The notes under the pieces are model-generated. The model saw nothing but the letters and a program-made list of their open reading frames with translations, made no database searches and had not been told where the DNA came from. Positions 16,589-25,755 of a DNA stretch of 64,000 nucleotides are shown here, piece by piece; position 1 is the first letter of the stretch, and each line of letters opens with the position of its first letter. The position numbers and the translations under genes are program-made. The DNA is from an uncultured virus (IMG/VR IMGVR_UViG_2718217636_000001). Taxonomy: Duplodnaviria > Heunggongvirae > Uroviricota > Caudoviricetes. Where the stretch lies: IMG/VR virus record IMGVR_UViG_2718217636_000001. One strand, given 5' to 3'.

Positions 16589-17059
16589 TTATGCCGCCAC
16601 CGGGTTGTCGATCTCGGTGGGCTTGCCCTGGCCGAGCAGTTCGCACTCGAACGGCTCCAGGTCGGTGGTCTCGCCACCGGCACCCTTGTAGTCGACCGCG
16701 GCTCGGCCCTCGTACGCGTCCGGGCTGCCGTCGCGCCGGTACCAGCGGACGTGCACGTCAGCGCCGGGGCCGACGACGTGGCCGGCCTGGCGCAGGAACT
16801 CCTGGCCGGGGTCAGGCACGAACGCGGGGGCGTCGGCGTCCCGCTTCCGGTTGCCGTTGAGGGTCAGCGTCCACCCGCGCTGGGTGACGACCTGGCTGGC
16901 CCAGCCGTCGCCGTCGAAGTCCGAGTCGTCCTCGGTCTCGGTGTTGATCTCCTCGGCGAATTCCGTCAGGCCCTTCACGGGCGTCCAGGTCGGCACAGCC
17001 GGGGTGGCTGTGTTGACCTCGACGACCCAGTCCTTGGCGAGGAGGCTGCGCAGCGTCAT
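16589..17059 (-). CDS. Major tail (tube) protein
   Basis: DDSDFDGDGW, WTLTL, DPGQEFL, VRWY, FECELLGQG. Confidence 0.85.
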   Translation of the reverse strand: MTLRSLLAKDWVVEVNTATPAVPTWTPVKGLTEFAEEINTETEDDSDFDGDGWASQVVTQRGWTLTLNGNRKRDADAPAFVPDPGQEFLRQAGHVVGPGADVHVRWYRRDGSPDAYEGRAAVDYKGAGGETTDLEPFECELLGQGKPTEIDNPVAA

Positions 17060-17134
17060 CTCATCTCCTTGTGAGCGCATGCCGGAATGCCGCCAGCACT
17101 ATTGCTTGCGGCAAGGGGAAAAGGGGGTCGGGGA

Positions 17135-17590
17135 TCAGTCCCGGTGGGTGGAGGGGCGGACGCACATCAGCTCGTAGCTGTCGGCGCGCTCCACTCGGCC
17201 GGAGCCGTCCCGCGTGTGCGGGGACACGATGCGCCGCTGAGCCAGCAGCACCATCACGCCGGTCGAGAGGCGGTGCTCGGCCAGGCCGTGAACCGCGTTG
17301 AACACGGCGTCGGCCAGGTCGTCAGCCACGCGCGGGTCCGCGCCGCCCCGCACTCGGACCTGCACCAGCACGGAGCTGTCGGTCTGCTCGACGTCGTCGC
17401 CGCCCTGGCCGAGCCCGTACGTCGCCAGCGAGATCGCCAGGTCCGGCGTCGTCGGCAGGCCGCCCAGCGTGATCGCGGTCTGCGCCGCGGTGTAGACACC
17501 TTCGGGGTTCCAGTCGCCCGCGCCCGCGTCCTCCAGGAGCTGCCCGAGCCCTTCCAGGAGTTGCCGGGTCCATCCCTGCGGCGGCGTCAC
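17135..17590 (-). CDS. Tail terminator / minor capsid-type neck protein
   Basis: PTTPDLAISL, VQVRVRG; synteny. Confidence 0.7.
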   Translation of the reverse strand: MTPPQGWTRQLLEGLGQLLEDAGAGDWNPEGVYTAAQTAITLGGLPTTPDLAISLATYGLGQGGDDVEQTDSSVLVQVRVRGGADPRVADDLADAVFNAVHGLAEHRLSTGVMVLLAQRRIVSPHTRDGSGRVERADSYELMCVRPSTHRD

Positions 17591-17949
17591 CGGAACAGCT
17601 CCTTGAGCTGCTGCGCGAGCAGGGCCCGCACCTGCGCGGCTTCCTCTTCGAGCGCCGTCTCCAGGTACTTGGCCTGCCGTCCGGGCGCGTGCTGCCAGGT
17701 CAGCTCCTCGTGCTGCCTGATCGCGTACGGCTGGTCGTAGGACACGTAGGCGCGCATCTCGCCTCGATCCACTGACGCGTTGCCGGAGTTCTGCAGGTGG
17801 CCTTCCTGGAGCGGAACCCGCGTGTTCGACACGGACAGCACGTGCAGCGCGCCGTCCTTGAGCGCCCGCGCGGACACCGTCTTGGTCTCCTCCGTGAACG
17901 CGGCCGGGTTGAGATGCAGGTCCAAATCGACGTCGATGCCGTCTCTCAC
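17587..17949 (-). CDS. Neck protein (HK97 gp10-like)
   Basis: VPLQEGHLQNS, YDQPYAIRQHE, GRQAKYLE. Confidence 0.75.
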   Translation of the reverse strand: MRDGIDVDLDLHLNPAAFTEETKTVSARALKDGALHVLSVSNTRVPLQEGHLQNSGNASVDRGEMRAYVSYDQPYAIRQHEELTWQHAPGRQAKYLETALEEEAAQVRALLAQQLKELFR

Positions 17950-18260
17950 TTCAGCGCCACCTCCACATGATCAGGCGTCGGCAGGCCGCCGCCGTCGCGG
18001 GTAAGGGACGTGATGGCCGTGCTCGCGCGACCGTTGACCGTGACCCGGCTGCCGGGCGGGCACACCACGCCGGGCCGGAAGTAGACCGTCGTGTCGGACA
18101 CGACCTCCGAGCCGGAGGCGTCGCGGACGAGCTGCCGCTTGTCGTCGGCCAGGCACGAGTGGGTCTCCGGCGGGCCGTACACCGGCCCGTACGCTCCCTC
18201 TCCGGTCAGCGGCTCCACCACCGCCTCGTGGCGGAACATGAAGTCCGGGATGGCGGTCAC
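17946..18260 (-). CDS. Head closure/stopper protein
   Basis: GAYGPVYG, LVRDASGSEVVS, PPGSRVT; synteny. Confidence 0.7.
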   Translation of the reverse strand: MTAIPDFMFRHEAVVEPLTGEGAYGPVYGPPETHSCLADDKRQLVRDASGSEVVSDTTVYFRPGVVCPPGSRVTVNGRASTAITSLTRDGGGLPTPDHVEVALK

Positions 18261-18634
18261 CAGGTCATCACCGCGATCAGGAATCCGGCCTTGAGCAGGA
18301 TCGACACGGCGTCCTGCGCGTACCGGGGAGCTTCACCCGTCTTGGTGTCCACCCGAGCGAGTCGGACGGACCCCATGCTGACGTCCTTGAAGGCGCTGGC
18401 TGTGCCGAACTCGTCGCCGACCGCCAGCGTCCACGCGGCCTGCGCGCACGTCGCCCGCCTGACGGCGTCCGCCAGATGCGGCTCGACCGGGAACCCCTCG
18501 GCGTCGGTCTCGTAGATCGCGTTCGACAGCAGCTCGTCGATCCGCTCCGACGCCCGGGTGAGCCGCCTGTCGATGTCGTCCGGGCCGGGCTTGCCGGTGT
18601 ACTCGGTGTAGTCATCCGCCGTGGCGTACGTCAT
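18257..18634 (-). CDS. Head-tail adaptor
   Basis: YATADDY...RASERID...ATCAQ. Confidence 0.75.
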   Translation of the reverse strand: MTYATADDYTEYTGKPGPDDIDRRLTRASERIDELLSNAIYETDAEGFPVEPHLADAVRRATCAQAAWTLAVGDEFGTASAFKDVSMGSVRLARVDTKTGEAPRYAQDAVSILLKAGFLIAVMTW

Positions 18635-18636
18635 GG

Positions 18637-18984
18637 CTACACCGCAGGCAGTTCGAGCACGTGGACCGTCAGCCCGTCTGGGTCGGAGTAGTCCAGGTAG
18701 ACCTTGCCGCCGGACTGGTTGTAGATCGCGGGCAGCGGCGGGATCAGCACGTCCCCGCCGGCGGGCACCGGGTAGGGCACGTCGGGGAGCGGCTGCCCCT
18801 CGATCTGGCCCGGGATCTGCACCGTGACGGTCCGCGCTTCGGCGGCGGCGTTCTTCACTCGGACCATGCGGCGGCTGTTGTTGACGAAAGCGTGCCCGTC
18901 CGCGATGGCATCCGTGGGAAGCGGAGCCGTCAGGTCGTGGCCAGCGCGCGTGGTCTTCGTGACTGGCAGGTCGGTCCTCGCCAT
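18637..18984 (-). CDS. Putative head decoration/virion protein
   Basis: MARTDLPV...YNQSGGKVYLDYS; coupled to neighbours in head operon. Confidence 0.6.
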   Translation of the reverse strand: MARTDLPVTKTTRAGHDLTAPLPTDAIADGHAFVNNSRRMVRVKNAAAEARTVTVQIPGQIEGQPLPDVPYPVPAGGDVLIPPLPAIYNQSGGKVYLDYSDPDGLTVHVLELPAV

Positions 18985-19265
18985 CAGTCCTCCTCCTCCC
19001 GGCCGAACTCCTTCACGAGGCTGGCCTTGCTGAGGGCGCGGGCGTCCTTCGCGGGCATGCCTCGGGCGATCGCGTACTGGACCCACACCTCGCGGGTCGC
19101 GCTGTCGAGTGGCCTCTGCGGGACGGCCTTGCCGTTGGCGGCGGCCTTGGGCTTCTCCTCGGCCGGGCCGGAGATCAGCAGCCAGTTCGGCAGGGCCTCC
19201 AGCCGGAGCGAGCGGCGCGGCGTCTCGTAGATGTCGCCGGTGTTGCTGTTGCGGTAGACGTACAT
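18984..19265 (-). CDS. Small phage protein with C-terminal helical (HeH/Rho-N-like) segment
   Basis: ATREVWVQYAIARG...LSKASLV. Confidence 0.55.
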   Translation of the reverse strand: MYVYRNSNTGDIYETPRRSLRLEALPNWLLISGPAEEKPKAAANGKAVPQRPLDSATREVWVQYAIARGMPAKDARALSKASLVKEFGREEED

Positions 19266-19274
19266 GCGGCCGCC

Positions 19275-19652
19275 CTACGGGTTGACTCGGAAATCGACCT
19301 GGACGACCACCTCGGACGGGCTTCCGGCCGGGTCGGCGGTGACGACCGACAGGGTGTCGCCCGAGGCGAACACCACGTTCTGCAGGTGCGTCCAGCCCGC
19401 CCACGTGTCGGTGACGGTGGCCAGCGGTTCGGCGAGCAGGTCGCCGCCGTTGCGCTGCGCGTTGACAACGCCGCCGCTTCCGCCAGCCCGGTAGGCGCGC
19501 ACGGCGATGGCCGTGCAGGCGACCGGGAGCCTGGTCACCATGTAGGTGCCGGCCGCGCCCTTGGCGACGCGGTACTCCTTGCTGAAGGTGCGAACGGCGG
19601 ACAGGTCGACGTCGCCCGCCCTGCCGTCCACTGAATTGACCTTGTGGCCCAT
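19275..19652 (-). CDS. Putative virion protein
   Basis: VNSVDGRAGDVDL motif; RBS AGGAGG. Confidence 0.55.
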   Translation of the reverse strand: MGHKVNSVDGRAGDVDLSAVRTFSKEYRVAKGAAGTYMVTRLPVACTAIAVRAYRAGGSGGVVNAQRNGGDLLAEPLATVTDTWAGWTHLQNVVFASGDTLSVVTADPAGSPSEVVVQVDFRVNP

Positions 19653-19736
19653 CGCTGCCCCCTCCTGAGGCTGGGTGATGGAAGGCCCGCCCGGCGTGCG
19701 GGCGGGCCAGTGGACGCGCAAGCTTTAAGGCTTGTG

Positions 19737-20684
19737 TCAGGCGACGTCCGCGCCCTTGATCAGGACGGCCCTGTTGGGGTCCAGGGTCTTGGTTCCGTAC
19801 AGGCAGTCGATCGACACGACGTCCTGCTTCTTGTCGATGTCGTAGTCCATGACCACGCGCAGGCCGAAACCCTTATAGCTGGCGACAGCGGCGTTGGCAG
19901 CGCCCTGCGGAAGCACGAGCGGGCGGGTCACAAGCGCGAAAGCAGTCCGGTGGAAAGACACGCCGACCTCGGTCGTTGAGTTGCCGGTGGTCTGCGCCGG
20001 GACCTTGATGTTCTGAGTCTGGTAAGGATCAAAACCAAAAACGCGCCTGCCCAGAGACGCCTCACGCAGGCCATCGGTGTCGCCGCGGGCGTCCGCCCGG
20101 TTGAACAGGTCATCGCCGAGCCACAGCGCCTCGATCTCCGGGCCGACCACCAGGTAGCGGTCAGCGGACGGGACGTTGCGCTGGTTGAGCACCCGGCGCG
20201 CGTCGATCGCGACCCGAGGGTTGCTGTAGTCGAACATGTTCTTGCCGACCGGGTTCGCAGGGAACTGCACGCCACCCTCAGCGGTGACACCGACCTCCTG
20301 CAGCACGTCGTTCCGCAGGGCGAGGATGTCGCGGTCGATCTTCTGCGCGATCGCCTCCATCGCCGGGTTGAGCAGCTGCACGCCGAAGTCCTCGATCTTC
20401 AGCGTCAGCTCCTCGGTCGTGACCGCAAAGCTCACGTCCGCGAAGTGGTTCAGGGTGACCGGGATCGAGGTCTCCTGCGCGTTCTGGATCTGGATGCCGT
20501 TCGCGCGCACGTACTCGTTCGCCTGGAAAACGGCCGGCTTCCTCACATTGACGGTGTCGCCGATGCGCGCCGCGAACTCCTCCTCGTAGTCGCGGTGCAC
20601 GAGCATCGCCATGACCGTGGTCTCGTACAGGGTGGCCAGCGCCGCACGAGCGATCACGCTCGGGGTCAGAAAGGTGTTAGCCAT
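19737..20684 (-). CDS. Major capsid protein (P22-coat-like family)
   Basis: GDTVNVRKP, SFHRTAFALVTRPL, SIDCLYG; follows scaffold. Confidence 0.85.
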   Translation of the reverse strand: MANTFLTPSVIARAALATLYETTVMAMLVHRDYEEEFAARIGDTVNVRKPAVFQANEYVRANGIQIQNAQETSIPVTLNHFADVSFAVTTEELTLKIEDFGVQLLNPAMEAIAQKIDRDILALRNDVLQEVGVTAEGGVQFPANPVGKNMFDYSNPRVAIDARRVLNQRNVPSADRYLVVGPEIEALWLGDDLFNRADARGDTDGLREASLGRRVFGFDPYQTQNIKVPAQTTGNSTTEVGVSFHRTAFALVTRPLVLPQGAANAAVASYKGFGLRVVMDYDIDKKQDVVSIDCLYGTKTLDPNRAVLIKGADVA

Positions 20685-20689
20685 GGGGC

Positions 20690-21463
20690 CTACTCCTTGG
20701 TGTTGGACTTCCGGCGGCGTGCCGCGCGGAAGTCATCGGTGGTCATCTGGTCCGGGTCGGAGCTACGGCCACCGGGCCCACCGGTGAACTCCCCTCCGCT
20801 CCTCGCAGGCGGCCCGCTCAGCGATGCCGCCTTGAACTTCGGGTTGTCCTCGACCGCCTGCGTGATCCGCTCCGCCAGTGCGGTGCCGAAGTCGTCGGCG
20901 TTCGGGTCGAGGTCCTTGATGGATCGAAGGAACGAGCGCGAATCGAGCAGCGCGTCCCCGTCCGCGCCGAGCTTCAGCGCAGTACGGTGCACACCCAGCT
21001 CCGTCAGCGCACGGCGGTGCAGCTCCCGCTCCTTGTCGCGCTCCTTCGCCGTGGCGTCCTTCTCAGCGCTCAGCCGCTCGACCATCTCCTTCGGGTCAAC
21101 CGGCTTCTCCTCCTCGGCCACGAGACCGAGGGCCTTACCGATCTGCTGCGCCAGCTCCGCCTTCGCCTGCGCCGCCACCTCCTCAGGAGACGGCCCGGCC
21201 TGCTGCTCGGCCGTCTTCTCCTTCTCCTGCAGCTGGGTGCGGTACTTCACGGCGTCGGTGCGGGCACGCCGCAGCTCGGCCTGCGCCCACGCGGGAAGGT
21301 CGTCGATCTTCCGCGCGTTCGGCTTGGCCTTGTCCTCCTCTGCAGCCGGCGCCTGCTCGGGAGGCGTGTTCTCCGCCTCCGGCGCGGGCGCGTCCTGGCC
21401 AGCCTGACCGGCCTGCTCGGCCTGGTCGGCGGTTGAGGAGACCTCGATCTGCTCGTCTGCCAT
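20690..21463 (-). CDS. Scaffolding protein
   Basis: Acidic N-terminus, LPAWAQ, LLDSRSF, RSGGEF. Confidence 0.8.
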   Translation of the reverse strand: MADEQIEVSSTADQAEQAGQAGQDAPAPEAENTPPEQAPAAEEDKAKPNARKIDDLPAWAQAELRRARTDAVKYRTQLQEKEKTAEQQAGPSPEEVAAQAKAELAQQIGKALGLVAEEEKPVDPKEMVERLSAEKDATAKERDKERELHRRALTELGVHRTALKLGADGDALLDSRSFLRSIKDLDPNADDFGTALAERITQAVEDNPKFKAASLSGPPARSGGEFTGGPGGRSSDPDQMTTDDFRAARRRKSNTKE

Positions 21464-21627
21464 GAGCTGACACTCCTTGCGAATCGGTGATGTGCCGCCC
21501 GGCCTGCGGGCTGTCGCACTCCGCCCGGCCTGCGGGCGGGCATGAAAAAGGCGCACCCGGTGGGGTGCGCCCGCATATGACAAAGGCCCGCGCCGGGCGG
21601 GCCTCTCAGATGGTGGTGAAGATCGAG

Positions 21628-21966
21628 CTAGTCGGCGGCCAGCTCGAAGTCCGGTGCGTACAGATCGGGGTCGAGCACGTCAGCGGCGGGCCTGCCCGAG
21701 GCGTACGCAGCCTTCAGAATGCGCCACACCTGCGACTGCGCCCTGATCCCGGCGACGCCCGCGTTCTCGTCCGGGACGAACCCGGCCGCGTCCCGGCCGT
21801 CCGTCCACACCTCGCCCAGGACCTGGCCAGCCCGGTCCCTCAGCGGGGCGCGGCGCACGTCCTCCTTGCGGGCGGCCTTGCTGCTGTACGTGCTCGCCGT
21901 CTTACCGACGACGGTGATCGTCTCAACGAACCGCGGATGCATGGGCGCGTCGTCGTTCTCAGCCAT
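21628..21966 (-). CDS. Putative immunity/antitoxin protein for upstream ART
   Basis: 112 aa, 21 nt downstream of the toxin-domain gene; function inferred from position. Confidence 0.5.
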   Translation of the reverse strand: MAENDDAPMHPRFVETITVVGKTASTYSSKAARKEDVRRAPLRDRAGQVLGEVWTDGRDAAGFVPDENAGVAGIRAQSQVWRILKAAYASGRPAADVLDPDLYAPDFELAAD

Positions 21967-21987
21967 TCCTGCATCATCCCCCTAAGA

Positions 21988-23859
21988 TCACGAGGTGTAG
22001 CCTCTGTGGGCGTCGCCGAAAGCGTCGGGCTCCCAGTCGTCGAGCGGCGCGTCCTCGAACCACTCGTCGGGAACAACCTCCGCCTCAATGAACCACTTCC
22101 CCTTCACCTTGTATACCGAGTGAACGATGTACGTGGTATCGCGGCGCAGGAGCAACTCTCGTTCGCCCGGGTGCGCCGTGAGACCTTCGACGTTGATTGC
22201 TCCGTGACCGCTCGGCACACGCAGCATCAACAGAACCGGCATGCCGGAGAACGCGGCCCTGCTGCCCACGCTGGTGGACATGTACGCCTTGTCCCGCAGT
22301 ACCCGCCCGATCATGCCGTACATCTCGTCCGGGGAGTCCATGTTCACGCCGTTGGCCGCCGTGTAGCGAGAATCGACGCCGCGGTGCACGATGACCGGCT
22401 CAGGGACCCTCTGCCGGGTCATCGCCCTGTCGAGCCTTTCGATCAGCCTCAACGTCTGATCGCTGCCGCCCCCGTCCCGCAGAGCATCGTTCATCCGCTC
22501 GTAGTCGTCATCGGTGTAGCGGTGGATCGCGTCGTATTCGTCGGGACGCCATCGGCTCGGAGGGATCGGAGGCATGTTGGCCCGGAGCCACTGCACGCCT
22601 TCCTCATTGCTCCGGTGGCGGGCAGCGTCACGCATCGACGACGAACGACGAGGCGTCACCTCAGCAACGTCATCCCGCTGCGTCAGGTCGGCCTGGGGCG
22701 TCGGCGCCGCCTTCGGCTTCGGCTTCGGCTTCAGCGCCGGATGCTTCGGCGGGTCCGTCGTCTCATCGGCCCGGACCTGTTCGCGGGCCTTTTGCCGCAG
22801 CAGGCCCGTCTTGTCCAGGTGCTCCTTCATCTGCTCCTGGTAGGCCCGCAGGTGCCGGGTCGCGGCCTTCCGCTCGTCGCTGCCCGGCGGGGCCGCCGCC
22901 GCGCGACGCTTCCATCCCCTGATCTGCCGTTCGAGGTAGCGCTGCTGCTGCGTGTCCTTGTACGTGCCCTCCGCCTCCGGCTTCGGCGGCGGCTTCGTCA
23001 GGCCCGGCAGGAACACGCCGAACGTGTGCTTGCAGTTCGGGTGCTGCAGGCCCGCCGCCCGCGCCTGGGCGACGGTGCCCGCGACGTGCACGGTCATGGT
23101 CTCGCCGGTCAGGACGTTCTTCTCCTGCCGGTCGTCGGCCGCGCCGCCCTGGGAGAGCACCTTGCCTTCCCACGGGTCGCACACCGGGCACGAGTACGGC
23201 GCCCGCGACACCATGACCAGGTCGTGGCCGTTCTCCCGCAGTGTCTGCAGGTGGCCTTCGTTCGCCGCCCGCGCCATCGCGGTCCTGGCCGCCATCTCCG
23301 CGTAGCTGGAGATGGACCAGGTGCGGTTCTTCCCGTCGAAGAACGTGATGCCCTTCGCGGCGAACTTCTGCAGCGCCTTCGTCGTCACCTGCTGCCGGGT
23401 GGCCGCGCCGGTCAGCGCCAGCGGAGCCGTCTCCGCGATCACCTGCCGGTAGATGTCGCCTACCTGCCGCAGCGCCCCCGTGGTCAGGTCGGGCAGCAGG
23501 CCGAGCGCCTCCTTCAGCAGCTGCGCCAGGCCCGCGCTGGGGCTGATGCCCTGGCCTTCGCCGAGCCCTTCCAGCTCCTGACTCGCCCGCTCGAACCCGT
23601 CCTGCCACGCCTTCGTGACGCCCTCTTCGAGAGCCGTGGACGCCAGCGCCTCCAGGTCCCGCAGGATCTTCTCGGCCTGCTGGCTGAGCGCCTGGACCTC
23701 TTCGAGCCGGGCGCTCGCCTGCATCGGCGCGTCGTTCCCCTTGGCCAGCGCCTTGGAGATGGCCTCGAACAGGGTCGTCTCCGCCTCGGCGTACTGAGCT
23801 GCGATCGCGGCGGCGAGCGAGATACGCCCCTCCACCTGCTCTTGCAGGTCGTCAGCCAT
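21988..23859 (-). CDS. Phage minor capsid (MuF-superfamily) protein with C-terminal VIP2/C3-like ADP-ribosyltransferase domain
   Basis: YAEMAART, CPVCDPWEGK, GLQHPNCKH, QRYLERQIR; ART motifs YT...MN..LR, VHRG, YMSTS, ERELLL. Confidence 0.88.
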   Translation of the reverse strand: MADDLQEQVEGRISLAAAIAAQYAEAETTLFEAISKALAKGNDAPMQASARLEEVQALSQQAEKILRDLEALASTALEEGVTKAWQDGFERASQELEGLGEGQGISPSAGLAQLLKEALGLLPDLTTGALRQVGDIYRQVIAETAPLALTGAATRQQVTTKALQKFAAKGITFFDGKNRTWSISSYAEMAARTAMARAANEGHLQTLRENGHDLVMVSRAPYSCPVCDPWEGKVLSQGGAADDRQEKNVLTGETMTVHVAGTVAQARAAGLQHPNCKHTFGVFLPGLTKPPPKPEAEGTYKDTQQQRYLERQIRGWKRRAAAAPPGSDERKAATRHLRAYQEQMKEHLDKTGLLRQKAREQVRADETTDPPKHPALKPKPKPKAAPTPQADLTQRDDVAEVTPRRSSSMRDAARHRSNEEGVQWLRANMPPIPPSRWRPDEYDAIHRYTDDDYERMNDALRDGGGSDQTLRLIERLDRAMTRQRVPEPVIVHRGVDSRYTAANGVNMDSPDEMYGMIGRVLRDKAYMSTSVGSRAAFSGMPVLLMLRVPSGHGAINVEGLTAHPGERELLLRRDTTYIVHSVYKVKGKWFIEAEVVPDEWFEDAPLDDWEPDAFGDAHRGYTS

Positions 23860-25423
23860 CGAGGTCGTCGTCCTGGCCCGGCAGGATCTGCTCGTCGAAC
23901 GAGTCCGGGTCTTGGAGGTTCAGGCCGAGCTCGTCCCGCAGCCGCTTCATCTCCGCCGACACCTGGACGTCGTCCCAGTCCGGGTGGACCATCCGGATGC
24001 GGGTGTCGATGCTGGCGGCCTGCGCCCGGTTCAGCATCTCCACGGTGCGGGCCACGGCCTCGGTCTCCAGGAACACGCCGTCAGGCCACTCGACCTGCGG
24101 ACGCTCGGCGGTGACCTTGCTCTTGTAGATGTAGTGATCCACCGACAGCAGGCAGTCGCCCAACCAGGCCAGCGCGGGCGTCCAGTAGCCGATCTTCCGG
24201 CCCCGAGTGGTGAGGGACTGCCGCTCGCGCGACTGGATCTCCGTCGCGGTCGCTTCGACACCTTCGCCGGCCTCACCGAAGCTCTGCACGCTGTACCCGG
24301 CGCCGCGCAGGATCTGCGCGACCAGGCTCTTGGCGGTCTGCTGGTGCTCGGCCACCCGGATCTCGAACTGGGAGACGGTGATCATGTTGCCGCCGCCGTT
24401 CGCCGGCGGCAGCATCCCAAGCCCGCTGTAGATCTCCCGGTCCGGGTCCCAGTACGAGCCTTTTCCGCGTCCGGTGTTCTGCAGATACACCTCGGGCACG
24501 ATGATGCGGGCCTTGCCGAGCCGCAGGTCCCGCATCCACGACGTCCACGTCTCATCGAGCGCGTCCATCAGCGGCTCCACCCCGGCGTAGTCGGAGCGGC
24601 CCAGCGCCGTCCCCCGCAGCGTCCGGTGCGGCCTCATGTTGGGGACGTAGTAAACAAGCAAGCCCTTTTGATAGCCGGAATCGAAGCCGCCGTCCGCGTC
24701 CACGATGGCCGCGAACCCGGCCGTCGCCGGATGGTCCTCCAGCGGCACCGGGTGACCCAGCCGCGAGTCATCTCCCTGGTAGAGGCCGTGGTAGACGCGG
24801 CCCTTCTCGTGCCGCTCCAGATGCCGCCACACGACCTTCTGGTCCTCGCCGACGACCCGCCAAAACGTGACCGCCGCCAGCCGGCCGGAGTGGAACTCCG
24901 GCACCGCCGTGTCCGCCGGGACCGAGTCGACCACCGGGTAGTCGGCCATCTCCGTGTCCCAGCCGACCCGCAAGTAGACGCCGCCGTACGCGCTGTCCAG
25001 CTCGCCAGCCTCCAGCAGCCCCGCGTACACCGAGCCTTCGTTGAGGATCTGGTCGAGCCGCTTCTGCGTCTTCTTCCCGGCCGCGCGCAGCGTCGGCGGC
25101 TCCGAGAACAGCAGGTCCGCGGACTTGGACGCGATGTCGGCCGCCAGCGGCACGTGCAGCTTCGTCGAGCGGGACTGCCCGGCCGGGATCGGCGACCCCC
25201 AGAACCACCGCGAGACGCGGCCTACCGCGCCGCCGCCCCACTGCAGCGGCCGATCCCAGCCCTTCAGGTCCAGGCCCAGGCCGGGCGTCACCGCCCCGTT
25301 GCCGTACACCTCAGCGAGCCGGTCAGGATCGCCCGAGTACCAGGCCCCGTACTGGCGATACAGACGCATCTCAGCACGGATGTGCGGGGGCGGCCACTCC
25401 TGGTCATGAGTAGGGAGCGGCAT
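23852..25423 (-). CDS. Portal protein (SPP1 gp6/A118-like)
   Basis: LHVPLAADIA...DLLFSE, GRSDY, TATEI. Confidence 0.85.
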   Translation of the reverse strand: MPLPTHDQEWPPPHIRAEMRLYRQYGAWYSGDPDRLAEVYGNGAVTPGLGLDLKGWDRPLQWGGGAVGRVSRWFWGSPIPAGQSRSTKLHVPLAADIASKSADLLFSEPPTLRAAGKKTQKRLDQILNEGSVYAGLLEAGELDSAYGGVYLRVGWDTEMADYPVVDSVPADTAVPEFHSGRLAAVTFWRVVGEDQKVVWRHLERHEKGRVYHGLYQGDDSRLGHPVPLEDHPATAGFAAIVDADGGFDSGYQKGLLVYYVPNMRPHRTLRGTALGRSDYAGVEPLMDALDETWTSWMRDLRLGKARIIVPEVYLQNTGRGKGSYWDPDREIYSGLGMLPPANGGGNMITVSQFEIRVAEHQQTAKSLVAQILRGAGYSVQSFGEAGEGVEATATEIQSRERQSLTTRGRKIGYWTPALAWLGDCLLSVDHYIYKSKVTAERPQVEWPDGVFLETEAVARTVEMLNRAQAASIDTRIRMVHPDWDDVQVSAEMKRLRDELGLNLQDPDSFDEQILPGQDDDLDG

Positions 25424-25450
25424 CACACCACCTCTCGTCGTTCGCGTCGT

Positions 25451-25744
25451 TCATGTGATCGGGACCAGTCCGGCCGGGAGCAAGGGCTGCTCCTCGACGG
25501 CGGTCACCCGCACCCACGCCTGATGGGTGCCTTCCGGCAGCGCCACAGCGCCCTCACCGGGGCCGACGAGGATCCTCGCGTCAGCGCCGTCCGCCTGCGG
25601 CGGCTCCCACTCGGCGGGGTGCCAGTCGTCCTCAACCGGCTTCACGCCGGGGACAGTGAACGCGACCTCCACACCCTCGCCGCCGGTCGCGCCCTCGACG
25701 TAGACGTACAGAAACTCCCTGCTCAGGGAGGACATCGGCTCCAC
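25451..25744 (-). CDS. Small beta-rich virion protein
   Basis: DDWHPAEW...ARILVGP...WVRVT. Confidence 0.55.
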   Translation of the reverse strand: MEPMSSLSREFLYVYVEGATGGEGVEVAFTVPGVKPVEDDWHPAEWEPPQADGADARILVGPGEGAVALPEGTHQAWVRVTAVEEQPLLPAGLVPIT

Positions 25745-25755
25745 TGATCACCTCC

